Shown here piece after piece: positions 20,339-30,908 of a DNA stretch of 64,000 bases. A program made the position numbers and the translations under genes. Positions within the stretch are counted from its first letter, which is position 1; every line of letters starts with the position of its first letter. This DNA is from an uncultured Flavobacteriales bacterium (GTDB taxonomy: Bacteria > Bacteroidota > Bacteroidia > Flavobacteriales_D > CAJJDF01): positions 20,953 through 84,952 of the forward strand of contig CAJJDF010000034.1 in NCBI GenBank assembly GCA_905182785.1. Reading direction: 5' to 3'. The notes beneath the pieces are model-generated. The model had not been told where the DNA came from, made no database searches, and saw only the letters and a program-made list of their open reading frames with translations.

Positions 20339-20970
20339 TCAGATTTTCGATATTCTTTGTTGGTGGTTATTTTCCAAACCTCACCTAAGAATATTTTTAC
20401 TCCAAATGAATAAAAAGGAGCATTTAGGGCTTTCCTAGTTCGTTTGTCTCCTGATAAAATAAAGTTATACCCTACTCCAGCTTGTAATCCAACCCATCTA
20501 ACTATTTTAAAATGGCTTTTAACCGAAATTATTACAGAAGTTACTCCTCTATCTAAAAATGGCTTGTAAATTCTTTTATCAGATAAGTACTCTCCTTTTA
20601 ATGACCCGAAATTCAAATAAAAAGGTGCTGTAATTTCCCATCTTTTTGAATGAAATAAGATTCTTTCATAATAGAAACTAATAAATCCATAATGGTATCG
20701 ATTTGTATCTGTTGCATCTAATGAATCTATTTTATTATCCATTGTAAGTACAGGTTTTCTTAAGCCATATAAACCTAAGCCAAACTTATGTCTTGAAATT
20801 CCTAATCCTAACTTAACTCCGTTAAACTTTACTGAATGACCAATAATTATAGAGTTTCTCATATCAAAACTTGCAACAAACTTATACTTATCCTTTTTAT
20901 CTGTATCTGTTTGAGAGTAAGCAGAAATAGCATAAATTAATATCACTATGGTAAAAATGTATCTTCTCAT
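20326..20970 (-). CDS. Secreted hypothetical protein, tandem paralog A
   Basis: Signal peptide ending AYSQ. Shares FDMRNSI, GVKLGLG, KRWEI, FYSFGVKIF and KEYRK blocks with 19655..20338. Confidence 0.7.
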
Positions 20971-21827
20971 TATATTCTAGTAGCTTTTACTATTCTGTCT
21001 TTACCATAGATGTCTTTTACTATTCCGATATCCTGAAAATTATTTTGCAATAATTCTGCTATTTCTTTTCCATATTGTTCATTTATTTCAAAATATAATT
21101 TTCCTTTAGGGTTTAAATATTCCAATGCAAATTCAATGATTTTAATATAAAATATCAAAGCATTATTGTTTTCAACAAACAAAGCCAAATGTGGTTCGTA
21201 ATCTAAAACATTACTATTCATCAACTCCTTTTCTTCCATCTTAACGTATGGTGGATTACTCACTATAATATCAAATTTATCTCCTTTGTAATCCGAATTT
21301 AATATGTCTTGATACAAAAATTCTACTTTAGAATTTAAAGCTATTTTATTCTTCTCTGCTTGTTTTAAAGCTTCATTAGAAACATCAAATGCAATTACTT
21401 TACTACTTGTTAGTTTTAAATCTAATGATATTGCTATAACGCCCGTACCTGTTCCTATATCTAATATTACTCCTTCAAAATCTTTATTTTCTTTAATAAT
21501 CAAATCTACTAGTTCCTCAGTTTCTGGTCTAGGAATTAAAGTATGTTCGTTTACGATAAATTCATTTTCATAGAAGTATTGATTACCTGTAATATATTGA
21601 ACTGGTTTTTCTAATTTTAAATCTTTAATTGCATAATGAAATAAAAGCATTTCTGATTCAGATATACTTTTGTTCATACTCAATAAGATCTCAGATTTTG
21701 AAAATCCTAAAAATTGCTCAGAAAGTAAATAAAAAAATGATTCAACCTCTGTTTTGTGGAAAACTGGAGTTAATTCATTAAAGAAATAATTTTTTATAGC
21801 TGATATTGTATTTTTGGTAACAAACAT
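20970..21827 (-). CDS. prmC: Peptide chain release factor N5-glutamine methyltransferase
   Basis: SAM-binding motif ILDIGTGTG and catalytic NPPY. Confidence 0.9.
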   Translation of the reverse strand: MFVTKNTISAIKNYFFNELTPVFHKTEVESFFYLLSEQFLGFSKSEILLSMNKSISESEMLLFHYAIKDLKLEKPVQYITGNQYFYENEFIVNEHTLIPRPETEELVDLIIKENKDFEGVILDIGTGTGVIAISLDLKLTSSKVIAFDVSNEALKQAEKNKIALNSKVEFLYQDILNSDYKGDKFDIIVSNPPYVKMEEKELMNSNVLDYEPHLALFVENNNALIFYIKIIEFALEYLNPKGKLYFEINEQYGKEIAELLQNNFQDIGIVKDIYGKDRIVKATRI

Positions 21828-21828
21828 A

Positions 21829-22869
21829 TTATATGATTACTCCATTTTTTGATTTAATAGGATCTGGTAAGTCCTGTTCGTCTAACATGTCTTTCAAATC
21901 TATTTCAATTGTACGAGCTAATGATGTAATTGGGACATCATTTCCTATACCTTCAAATGGATTTTCTGAGTAATCTCCAATTTTTTCCATAGTGAAAAAC
22001 ACCCATGAAACCATCATACTAAAAGGAACTGCAAACCACACTTTCCAATTATACACTTGTGAAATTTCATCTGTCTCAAATGCATCAAGCATTGCAAAGG
22101 GTAAAAGTATAACGAATAACATTACAAAATAATAACTAACACTAGTGTATTGCCTTGGCAAAGGAAAGTTTTTTATTCTCTCTGATTTTCCTTGTAGATT
22201 ATAAAACTCTTCCAAAATACGTGTGAAATCCATATGTCTAAAATCATCTAATAATCCTCTTTTTCTCAACTCTGAAATATCTTTAGATTGATTTTTTATC
22301 AAATTCGTAGCTGGATTTACTCTAGAAAGTACATCTTTCATTTCTTCATCTGATAGATACTCTTTTATTACTGAATCTATTGGTATGTCGTGCTCATCAA
22401 CTGAAAAATATAATTTATCTTTCATTTTATTAATATCCTTATGAAAAAAATGCTCCCATTCTTTAGGTACTCTAAGTTGATACCTTAAAGCTGTAAGCCA
22501 TGCAATATGACGATAAACCAATCTCTTTTTGATTTTTTTTAACTCTTCTTCTGAAATATCTCCATCTAAATGTAAATCACTTATATAATCAGAAACCATT
22601 ACAGTGAATGTTCTAGAATAATTGACAATTCCACCCCATATTTTTCGAGCTTCCCAACCTCTATCGTATGCATTGCTATTTTTAAAACCAATATTAAAAG
22701 CTACAGCTGTTCCAAGCAATGCAATTGGTAAAGATGGAATTACCATCCAATGCCATCCTGTGAAAAAATATAAAGTAACAGGAAAAATGGAGACAATGAA
22801 AAAGAATATAGTATCTTTTATTGTCCAAAAGAACATCTGTTTTTTTGTAAATCGTCTAAATGTATACAT
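21829..22869 (-). CDS. Bestrophin-family (UPF0187/YneE-like) membrane channel protein
   Basis: N-terminal transmembrane pairs and a YDRGWEARKIWGGIVNYSR segment resembling the bestrophin family signature. Confidence 0.7.
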   Translation of the reverse strand: MYTFRRFTKKQMFFWTIKDTIFFFIVSIFPVTLYFFTGWHWMVIPSLPIALLGTAVAFNIGFKNSNAYDRGWEARKIWGGIVNYSRTFTVMVSDYISDLHLDGDISEEELKKIKKRLVYRHIAWLTALRYQLRVPKEWEHFFHKDINKMKDKLYFSVDEHDIPIDSVIKEYLSDEEMKDVLSRVNPATNLIKNQSKDISELRKRGLLDDFRHMDFTRILEEFYNLQGKSERIKNFPLPRQYTSVSYYFVMLFVILLPFAMLDAFETDEISQVYNWKVWFAVPFSMMVSWVFFTMEKIGDYSENPFEGIGNDVPITSLARTIEIDLKDMLDEQDLPDPIKSKNGVII

Positions 22870-22881
22870 AAGTTATTTTTT

Positions 22882-23691
22882 TTATACGGCTAAATTATTA
22901 TCTCTCAAAGCATCATTAAGAGAAGTCTTAAGGTCTGTACTAGCTTTTCTTTCACCAATTATCAATGCGCATGGAACATTATATTCTCCAGCAGCAAATT
23001 TCTTTGGATAAGTTCCTGGGATTACAACTTTTCTTGGAGGTACTTCGCCTCTATATTCAATTGGAGTTTCTCCAGTTATATCAATTATTTTTGTAGATTT
23101 TGTTAGAACAACACCTGCACCAAGTACTGCCTCTTTTCCTACTTTCACTCCTTCTACTACAATACACCTTGAGCCAATAAATGCTCCGTCTTCGATGATT
23201 ACTGGAGAAGCTTGTAATGGCTCTAGAACTCCACCAATACCTACCCCTCCACTCAAATGTACATTTTTACCAATTTGAGCACAAGAACCAACTGTTGCCC
23301 AAGTGTCTACCATTGTTCCTTCGTCTACGTATGCTCCAATATTTACATAAGAAGGCATTAAAATAACTCCTTTACTCAAGTAAGCTCCGTATCTTGCAAC
23401 TGCATGAGGAACAACTCTTACTCCTAGTTCAGCATAATTTTTCTTAAGCGCCATTTTATCATGAAACTCTAAAGGTCCCATTTCAATCGTTTCCATTTTA
23501 CGAATAGGAAAGTACATTACAACTGCTTTTTTTACCCATTCGTTCACTTGCCAATCTCCATTTAATAAAGGTTCTGCAACTCTTAATCTTCCTTTGTCTA
23601 TTTCTTCAATTACCGCTTCAATTGCTTTTCTTGTCGATTCTTCTTTTAACATTTCACGGTTATCCCATGCTTTTTCAATTATATCTCTCAT
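22882..23691 (-). CDS. dapD: 2,3,4,5-tetrahydropyridine-2,6-dicarboxylate N-succinyltransferase
   Basis: Left-handed beta-helix hexapeptide repeats and the DapD N-terminal domain. The start is chosen at MRDIIEKAW (23691), which matches the usual N-terminus; the ORF also allows an ATG at 23739. Confidence 0.88.
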   Translation of the reverse strand: MRDIIEKAWDNREMLKEESTRKAIEAVIEEIDKGRLRVAEPLLNGDWQVNEWVKKAVVMYFPIRKMETIEMGPLEFHDKMALKKNYAELGVRVVPHAVARYGAYLSKGVILMPSYVNIGAYVDEGTMVDTWATVGSCAQIGKNVHLSGGVGIGGVLEPLQASPVIIEDGAFIGSRCIVVEGVKVGKEAVLGAGVVLTKSTKIIDITGETPIEYRGEVPPRKVVIPGTYPKKFAAGEYNVPCALIIGERKASTDLKTSLNDALRDNNLAV

Positions 23692-23785
23692 ACTATTATT
23701 TTCTTTTTTATGAATTAATTCTGTGCTATTTTCTAGCATTAGAATTAATTATTATCTTAATTAACAACTTATTAAATTCAGTATA

Positions 23786-25276
23786 TTATATTCTAACCAA
23801 AGTTTGAACAAATGCAATGGATTTCTTCATTTCAAGATGAAGTTCAACATCATTTTCTATAAACGCTATTTTCTCTCTGTATATTTGTTTCAGATTCTCA
23901 ATAGCTAAAGAAGATTTTAATTCTTTTCTAAATTCCATAGCTTGAAAACCAGCAAGTAATTCAATTCCTAGTACTTTTTCCATGTTTTCAAATACCTTGA
24001 AACATTTAGTAGCTCCATTTGCTCCCATGCTCACATGATCTTCTTGTCCATTTGAAGAGTCAATAGTATCTACAACAGCTGGAGTGCAATATTGTTTGTT
24101 TTGACTCACCACACTAGCAGCTGTGTATTGAGCAATCATAAATCCTGAGTTTAATCCCGGATTTTTAACTAAAAAAGCAGGTAAATCTCTAAATCCACCA
24201 ATCAATTTATAAATTCTTCTTTCACTAATACTTCCAAGTTCTGCCAAAGCCAAAGCTAGTGAGTCTAAAGTAATTGCTAATGGCTGTCCATGAAAATTCC
24301 CTGCAGAGATAATTAAATCTTCATCAGGAAAAATAGTTGGGTTATCAGTAACTGAGTTTATTTCAGTTTCAAAAATAGTTGTTACGTAGTCAATCATATC
24401 CTTACTAGCCCCATGAACTTGTGGAATACACCTGAAAGAATAAGGATCTTGTACGTCTTGTTTTTTTTGATTTAGAATTTCACTTCCTTCCAAAAAATTA
24501 AGGATATTTTCTGCTGTTGCAGCTTGTCCTTTTTGATTTCTAACTTTATGAATCAATGGATTGAATGGTGATTTGTGACCGTTATAACCTTCCAAAGAAA
24601 CAGCTGCAATCAAATCTGCTATTGATTTGTATTTATTTGCTTTAGTTAAAATATGTACTCCAAAAGCTTGCATAAACTGAGTTCCATTCAATAATGCTAA
24701 TCCTTCTTTGGATTGCAATTGAACTGGTTTTAATCCCAATTCATTTAGTACGTCTATTGATTTTCTTCTTTCGTTTTTGTAGTTCACTTCTCCCATTCCA
24801 ATTAAGGTTAAAGATATGTGAGCTAAAGGTGCTAAATCTCCACTTGCACCCAAGCTTCCCTGAGAATAAACAACTGGAAATACTTGATTATTAAATAATT
24901 CAATCAATAAAGTTAAAGTATTAATTGATATTCCTGAATGACCGTAGGATAGTCCTTGAATCTTTAATAAAAGCATTAATTGTACAATTTCTTCTGGTAC
25001 TTCTTCGCCCAAACCACAAGCATGTGACATTACTAAATTATGTTGTAATTGGCCTAGTTCATCTCTAGAAACTACTGTATTACACAAAGAACCAAAACCA
25101 GTATTAATTCCATAAATTACTTCTTGTCCAGAAGCCATTCTATCGTCCAAATATTGACGGCATTTTTGTACTTTTTGTTTAGCTGAATCTGACAATTCAA
25201 CTTTTTTATTATTTTTAATTATTTCTTCTATCGTAGATAGAGTAATAGTATCGGATGAAATTTGATGTCTGTTCAT
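23786..25276 (-). CDS. hutH: Histidine ammonia-lyase
   Basis: MIO-forming GASGDLAPLAH motif. The selectivity position in LQHNLVMSHACGLG is Ser-His, as in HAL, rather than His-Leu (TAL) or Phe-Leu (PAL). Confidence 0.85.
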   Translation of the reverse strand: MNRHQISSDTITLSTIEEIIKNNKKVELSDSAKQKVQKCRQYLDDRMASGQEVIYGINTGFGSLCNTVVSRDELGQLQHNLVMSHACGLGEEVPEEIVQLMLLLKIQGLSYGHSGISINTLTLLIELFNNQVFPVVYSQGSLGASGDLAPLAHISLTLIGMGEVNYKNERRKSIDVLNELGLKPVQLQSKEGLALLNGTQFMQAFGVHILTKANKYKSIADLIAAVSLEGYNGHKSPFNPLIHKVRNQKGQAATAENILNFLEGSEILNQKKQDVQDPYSFRCIPQVHGASKDMIDYVTTIFETEINSVTDNPTIFPDEDLIISAGNFHGQPLAITLDSLALALAELGSISERRIYKLIGGFRDLPAFLVKNPGLNSGFMIAQYTAASVVSQNKQYCTPAVVDTIDSSNGQEDHVSMGANGATKCFKVFENMEKVLGIELLAGFQAMEFRKELKSSLAIENLKQIYREKIAFIENDVELHLEMKKSIAFVQTLVRI

Positions 25277-25279
25277 TTA

Positions 25280-26656
25280 TTAAAATCTTGTTGCATTAAA
25301 AAAAATAACCAATTCCTTAATTGTATAACTGTTTTGGTCTCCAGTCTCCATATTTTTTAATGTTATTGAATTATTTGCCAATTCATTTTCTCCCACTAAA
25401 GCTACAAATGGAATGTTTTTGTTGTTGGCATAAGTCATTTGTTTTTTCATCTTAGAATTATCTGGATAAATTTCCGAAGGTATTCCATGAGCTCTTAATT
25501 CTTTCAACCATTTCATTGATTGTTTTGCTTCTAATTTTCCAAAATTTGCAAACATAAGCTGAGTAGAGGATAATAGTTCTTTAGGGAATAAATCTAATTC
25601 TTCAAGCACGTCAAAAATCCTATCAGCACCAAAGGAAACTCCAACTCCAGATAAGTCTTTCATTCCAAAAATACTAGTTAAGTCGTCATAACGACCACCT
25701 CCACAAATACTTCCAATGTTCACATTATTGGCTTTTACTTCAAATATTGCTCCTGTGTAATAGTTTAATCCTCTAGCAAGCGAAGGGTCAAATTCTAGTT
25801 TTGCTTTGTCTAATCCTAATGATTTTACCATTTCTAGCACTTCTGTAAGTTCTTCAATTCCTTTTACTCCAATTTCTGAAGAAGAAACTATTAAACTTAC
25901 TGCTTCCAATAAGTTTTCATTAGATCCCGAAATTGTTAAAATTGGTTTTAGTTTTTCAATAGCAGATTCGGAAACTTCTTTCTCTCTTAATTCCTTTACA
26001 ACTCCTTCCTCTCCTATTTTATCTAATTTATCAATAGCCACAGTAATAGGAATCAATTTGTCTGATTCTCCTACTACTTCTACCAGCCCAGAAAGGATTT
26101 TTCTGTTATTTATTTTAATTGTAAAATCCTCTAGTTTTAAGCTAGATAATACTTTATCAAATATCTGAATCAATTCTACTTCATACAATAAAGATTCGCT
26201 TCCAACCACATCTACATCACATTGGTAAAATTCTCTGTATCTACCTCTTTGTGGTCTGTCAGCTCTCCAAACAGGTTGAATCTGATATCTTTTGAACGGT
26301 AAATCTATTTCATTTCTGTTTTGAACTACGAATCGTGCAAAGGGAACAGTCAGGTCATAACGCAATGCTTTTTCTACTATAGAATTAGCAAAACGTATAG
26401 AATTATTATCAGTAAAAGCTTCTTTGTTTGATTTATTAAGAAATTCTCCAGAATTAAGCACTTTAAAAATTAGTCTATCCCCTTCTTCTCCATATTTACC
26501 CATTAGAGTTTCAGTCTTCTCCATGGTTGGAGTTTCTATAGGTAAGTAACCAAAAGTTTGAAAAACTGATTTAATAGTATCAAAAATATAGTTTCTTTTT
26601 ACCATTACTTGTGGTAAAAAATCCCTTGTTCCTTTTGGTATGGATGGTTTAGACAT
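25280..26656 (-). CDS. hisS: Histidine--tRNA ligase
   Basis: Class II aaRS motifs ([21 protein letters not shown]) and a C-terminal anticodon-binding domain. Confidence 0.95.
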   Translation of the reverse strand: MSKPSIPKGTRDFLPQVMVKRNYIFDTIKSVFQTFGYLPIETPTMEKTETLMGKYGEEGDRLIFKVLNSGEFLNKSNKEAFTDNNSIRFANSIVEKALRYDLTVPFARFVVQNRNEIDLPFKRYQIQPVWRADRPQRGRYREFYQCDVDVVGSESLLYEVELIQIFDKVLSSLKLEDFTIKINNRKILSGLVEVVGESDKLIPITVAIDKLDKIGEEGVVKELREKEVSESAIEKLKPILTISGSNENLLEAVSLIVSSSEIGVKGIEELTEVLEMVKSLGLDKAKLEFDPSLARGLNYYTGAIFEVKANNVNIGSICGGGRYDDLTSIFGMKDLSGVGVSFGADRIFDVLEELDLFPKELLSSTQLMFANFGKLEAKQSMKWLKELRAHGIPSEIYPDNSKMKKQMTYANNKNIPFVALVGENELANNSITLKNMETGDQNSYTIKELVIFFNATRF

Positions 26657-26879
26657 TATTTTTGTTTAGAATTATCTTGTTCTAACAAAAATAGGAATAG
26701 TTAAGAGAAAGGAGTAATATTTGTCAATTAAAATGATTTAAACAAGGTTTGTAAATCTGTTCTCGATAATTGAAAATAAAAAACAGCAGAAATGTTGATA
26801 TAATATAGCTCTGTAAAACATTAACTTTTATCTTTCAGTCAAAAGTAAGTTTACAAAAAAGTCTGATATCGGAATTTAT

Positions 26880-28085
26880 TTACTCAAAATCCTCATACAA
26901 TAAATAATTACTTCTCATTAATTTGTATTCTTTTAATCCATCTTCCCATGAATTATGAATTTCTTCCTCAGATTTCCCTTCCTTAATTTGACTTCTTAAT
27001 GTGCTAGTTCCAGACAATTTATCAAAAAATGAAGTTCTAGTAATAAAATCTTTTCCTTTTGTTTTTTCGTTCATTCCCAATAACCATTGCAAATACATTT
27101 TTTTAGTATTTCTTATGTATAACAAACCAAAAAGACTCAAGTTGTATCCGTTACATTTTACGTCCTTGTATTTTGGGTTTTTAGAACCAATATTAGGTGA
27201 TGGTATGAATGAATAAGAGGTTTCTAAAACATAAGGTGAGCCAATTATTTGAAATGGAAAATCCGTTCCTCTTCCAACACTTACTGAGGTTCCTTCGAAA
27301 AAACAAATAGATGGATACAAATAAACCGAAGACATATTAGGTAAATTAGGAGAAGGTGCAATTGGTAATTTGTAATAATCTTTGTGAGAATAATTAATAC
27401 ATTCTATCACTTCCAATTCGCATTTAACTTTTCCTTTTAACCAGCCTTCTCCATTTATCATTTTTGCCAATTCCCCTACAGTTAATCCATGAACCACAGG
27501 AATTGGATGCATTCCAACAAATGATTTGTGTTTTTCTTCTAAAATTGGTCCATCTACATAAAATCCATTAGGATTGGGGCGATCCAATATTAATACCTTT
27601 TTTTTGTTTTCTGCACATGCTTCCATTATGTAGTGCATAGTCGAAATGTAAGTGTAAAACCTTGCTCCAACATCTTGTATGTCAAAAATAATAATATCGA
27701 TATCAGCTAATTGTACTGCAGTAGGTTTTCTGTTTGTTCCGTACAATGAGACTAAAGGTAAGCCTGTTTTTACATCCATGGATGATTTTACATGTTCCCC
27801 TGCAGATGCATTTCCTCTAAATCCATGCTCGGGTGAAAATACTTTTTTTACATTAATACCCAACGACAAAAGTGAATCGACCAAATGAGTATTTTTAATT
27901 GATGAAGTCTGATTTGCTACAATTGCAACTCTTTTTCCTTTTAATTTATTTAGGTAGAAATCTACTCTTTCAGCTCCAGTAATTATTGATGTATCGTAAG
28001 ATACTTTGAATAACATTTCTTGTGATTTCCCTTGTAAAAATGCAAATTGTAAAAAAGAAAAAAGAAGGAGAGTACGAATCATCAT
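26880..28085 (-). CDS. DUF1343 family protein (NamZ-like exo-beta-N-acetylmuramidase)
   Basis: Signal peptide, then VAIVANQTS...FSPEHGFRG..., typical of DUF1343/YzbB/NamZ. Confidence 0.75.
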   Translation of the reverse strand: MMIRTLLLFSFLQFAFLQGKSQEMLFKVSYDTSIITGAERVDFYLNKLKGKRVAIVANQTSSIKNTHLVDSLLSLGINVKKVFSPEHGFRGNASAGEHVKSSMDVKTGLPLVSLYGTNRKPTAVQLADIDIIIFDIQDVGARFYTYISTMHYIMEACAENKKKVLILDRPNPNGFYVDGPILEEKHKSFVGMHPIPVVHGLTVGELAKMINGEGWLKGKVKCELEVIECINYSHKDYYKLPIAPSPNLPNMSSVYLYPSICFFEGTSVSVGRGTDFPFQIIGSPYVLETSYSFIPSPNIGSKNPKYKDVKCNGYNLSLFGLLYIRNTKKMYLQWLLGMNEKTKGKDFITRTSFFDKLSGTSTLRSQIKEGKSEEEIHNSWEDGLKEYKLMRSNYLLYEDFE

Positions 28086-28129
28086 ATTTTATGTAATTTT
28101 AGAGCAACTAATTAAAAAACAATTATCCC

Positions 28130-29779
28130 TTGACGAGTAAATTTATTTCAAAAAAACTTAGAAAAGAACTGAGCTCAGGAAATAAATTTTCTAAACCTAT
28201 CATCAAGGTAGCAATTACTAGTATAACAATAAGTATGCTAGTTATGTTAATTTCTATTTCTGTTGTAAAAGGGTTCCAGAGGGAAATAAAGAATAAGGTC
28301 GTCAATTTCTCTTCGCATATTCAAATAACTGATGGGGGAACTAATTACACCCTCGAAACTTCTCCAATAAAAATTAATCAACCGTTTTATCCTAACATAG
28401 AGAAAGAAGAGGGAATTGAACACATTCAAACGTTTGCAACCAAAGCAGGAATTATTCAATCCAATGCCGACACAGTTGTTTATGAAGACGAAACTAAGAT
28501 AAATCGAGACATTGAAGGAATCGTTTTCAAAGGAATAAACCATGATTTTAATTGGGAGAACTTAAACGATAAAATTATTGAAGGAAATTATTTTTCTGTT
28601 ACTAAAGATGAACTGAGTAATGAAATATTGATTTCTAATTTTATTGCCAAACGACTTAAGTTGAAAGTAAACGATAAAGTAAGGTGTTACTTTTTTAATG
28701 GTAAAAAACCTATTCCTAGAAAATTTATTGTCTCAGGTATTTTCGAAACTGGATTAGAAGAATTTGATAATCAGTTCGTTTTTATTGATATAAAACACAC
28801 TCAAAAATTGAATGGTTGGGGTGTTTTCTCTTCTTTATTTTTGGAAACAAGACCAAGAAATAATGAGATTGTAATCTCTGGAAATGCTACCGGAGGAAAT
28901 GAAAATTACCGTTACAAATTTGGAGATAGGGCTTTTTCAACATTTAATAAAATAAAATTTTGCGCAAATAAAGACACCGTTATTCAGATGGTAGTGAATG
29001 ATTTTAGCATTAATACTGTGACTTTAGATGTGGAGCCTATTTCTATTGCTGATACAGCTTGGCTGGATATAAAAGTGGATAGTAAAGATGGGAACTGCAT
29101 TATAACTGACACAGAATTTGAGTATGAATCGATCAATGATTCAGTGAGGCAGTATATAGGGAAAAATGGAACAATTACTACTACTCTTTCTACAACTGGG
29201 GGAAGTATGAAATACTACGTAGGGGGTTTCGAATTATTCATTTCTGATTTTACTACTCTGAATGAAAAAGAACTGACAATTAGTCGAATGTCTGATCCAT
29301 TTTTAAAAGTCTCTAAAATAACTGATTTACAAAGTGAAATTTTTGGTTGGCTAAATGTTTTAGACATGAATGCAATAATAATTATTGTACTGATGATTAT
29401 GGTGGCAATAATCAATATTATTTCTTTATTATTAGTTCTAATAGTTGAAAAAATAAGCATGATAGGAATCCTTAAATCATTTGGAGCACAAAACAATATG
29501 GTTAGAAATATTTTTATACGTTTAGGTACAGATATTTTGATAAAAGGAATACTACTTGGAAATGCGATAGCCTTTGTTATAATTGGTTTACAAAGTGAAT
29601 TTGGCTTTATAAAACTACCTCAAGATAAGTACTATTTATCTAAAGTACCTCTTGGTTTTGAATGGAATGAATTCATAATTATCAATGCTATAACTGTAAT
29701 TATTGGCTTATCAATTTTGTATTTCACTTCTATTTTTGTAGCCCGAATTACTCCAGTAAAAGCGATAAAATTCGAATAG
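28130..29779 (+). CDS. FtsX/LolC/E-like ABC transporter permease with an enlarged periplasmic domain
   Basis: The N-terminal transmembrane helix is followed by GFQREIKNKV and a MacB-like periplasmic domain. The C-terminus carries the three-TM FtsX module (ILKSFGAQN). TTG start, with a stop at 28109-28111 upstream. Confidence 0.8.
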   Translation: MTSKFISKKLRKELSSGNKFSKPIIKVAITSITISMLVMLISISVVKGFQREIKNKVVNFSSHIQITDGGTNYTLETSPIKINQPFYPNIEKEEGIEHIQTFATKAGIIQSNADTVVYEDETKINRDIEGIVFKGINHDFNWENLNDKIIEGNYFSVTKDELSNEILISNFIAKRLKLKVNDKVRCYFFNGKKPIPRKFIVSGIFETGLEEFDNQFVFIDIKHTQKLNGWGVFSSLFLETRPRNNEIVISGNATGGNENYRYKFGDRAFSTFNKIKFCANKDTVIQMVVNDFSINTVTLDVEPISIADTAWLDIKVDSKDGNCIITDTEFEYESINDSVRQYIGKNGTITTTLSTTGGSMKYYVGGFELFISDFTTLNEKELTISRMSDPFLKVSKITDLQSEIFGWLNVLDMNAIIIIVLMIMVAIINIISLLLVLIVEKISMIGILKSFGAQNNMVRNIFIRLGTDILIKGILLGNAIAFVIIGLQSEFGFIKLPQDKYYLSKVPLGFEWNEFIIINAITVIIGLSILYFTSIFVARITPVKAIKFE

Positions 29780-29879
29780 CTGCTAAGTATTCTTATTTTT
29801 AATTTTTTGAGATGTTGAATCACTTTGAATTGGGTTAGTCGTATTTTTTTAACTCATTCCTTTTTAATTTATAAATTAT

Positions 29880-30905
29880 ATGAAAGCAATATTTTTAGTA
29901 AAAAACACAACTTCTGACAAAGCATTTGAGCTGAGAGAAACTCCAATGCCAATTGTGGAAAAAGGGGAAGTATTGATCCAATGCGAAGGTTTTGGATTAA
30001 ATTATGCTGATGTAATGGCGCGTCAAGGTTTATACAAAGGAGCACCTCCTATTCCTTGTGTAATTGGATATGATGTAGTAGGTAAAATCACAGAAGTATT
30101 TGATGAGAAAGACAAAGGGTTGATTGGAAAAAGAGTAGTCGGACTTACAAAATTTGGAGGATATGCCCAATTTGCCAAAACAGATGTAACTGCCATTACA
30201 GAAATAGACGATACCCTATCTATTTCTGAAGCTACAGCTATTGCTACACAATATTGCACAGCTTATTTCGCAAGTAGTTACATTACTAATTTACATAAAG
30301 GAGACAAAGTCTTAATTCATGCAGCAGCTGGAGGAGTTGGTACAGCTTTGACACAAATTGCCAAAGCAAAAGGATGTGAAACTTATGGTTTAACTAGTTC
30401 TAACAAAAAAATTGATTATTTAAAATCGAATGGATTGGATCATCCAATCAATTTGAAAGAAACGGATTGCCAGGATCAATTCATGAAATTATCAAATGGA
30501 ATAAAAGCGGATGTTATTTTCAATTCTATGGGGGGAGAATCCATACAAAAAGACATGAAAATACTTTCTGTGGGTGGAAGGTTAATAAATTATGGAGCTG
30601 CCAGTATCTCTGGTAAAAAACCAAATTTATTTACTTTACTTTCTTTGTTAAGAAAGACAGGAAAATTAAAACCGCTTCAGTTACTAGGTAAATCAGCTGG
30701 AATTATAGGAGTAAATATGCTTTCTATTGCAGATAAAAAACCAGAAATAATAGGTGAATGTTTGACAGCTGTAGTAAAACTCATGAAAGAAAACAAGAAT
30801 ATTAAGCCAATTTCTGGAGGAGAATTTAGTGTAGATAATATTGCCGAAGCTCATGCTTTGCTAGAAAGCAGAAAATCTACTGGGAAGATTGGAGTGAAAT
30901 GGTGA
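29880..30905 (+). CDS. Medium-chain dehydrogenase/reductase (quinone oxidoreductase-like, zeta-crystallin type)
   Basis: GroES-like N-terminal domain and AAGGVG nucleotide-binding motif. No structural zinc Cys cluster. Confidence 0.85.
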   Translation: MKAIFLVKNTTSDKAFELRETPMPIVEKGEVLIQCEGFGLNYADVMARQGLYKGAPPIPCVIGYDVVGKITEVFDEKDKGLIGKRVVGLTKFGGYAQFAKTDVTAITEIDDTLSISEATAIATQYCTAYFASSYITNLHKGDKVLIHAAAGGVGTALTQIAKAKGCETYGLTSSNKKIDYLKSNGLDHPINLKETDCQDQFMKLSNGIKADVIFNSMGGESIQKDMKILSVGGRLINYGAASISGKKPNLFTLLSLLRKTGKLKPLQLLGKSAGIIGVNMLSIADKKPEIIGECLTAVVKLMKENKNIKPISGGEFSVDNIAEAHALLESRKSTGKIGVKW

Positions 30906-30908
30906 TTA

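Noticed and set aside
23786-25276. Whether the ammonia-lyase is a tyrosine ammonia-lyase feeding flexirubin-type pigment synthesis, given that no hutU/hutI is nearby.
   Set aside because: The selectivity dipeptide in LQHNLVMSHACG is Ser-His, as in histidine ammonia-lyases, not His-Leu or Phe-Leu. No pigment biosynthesis genes are adjacent.
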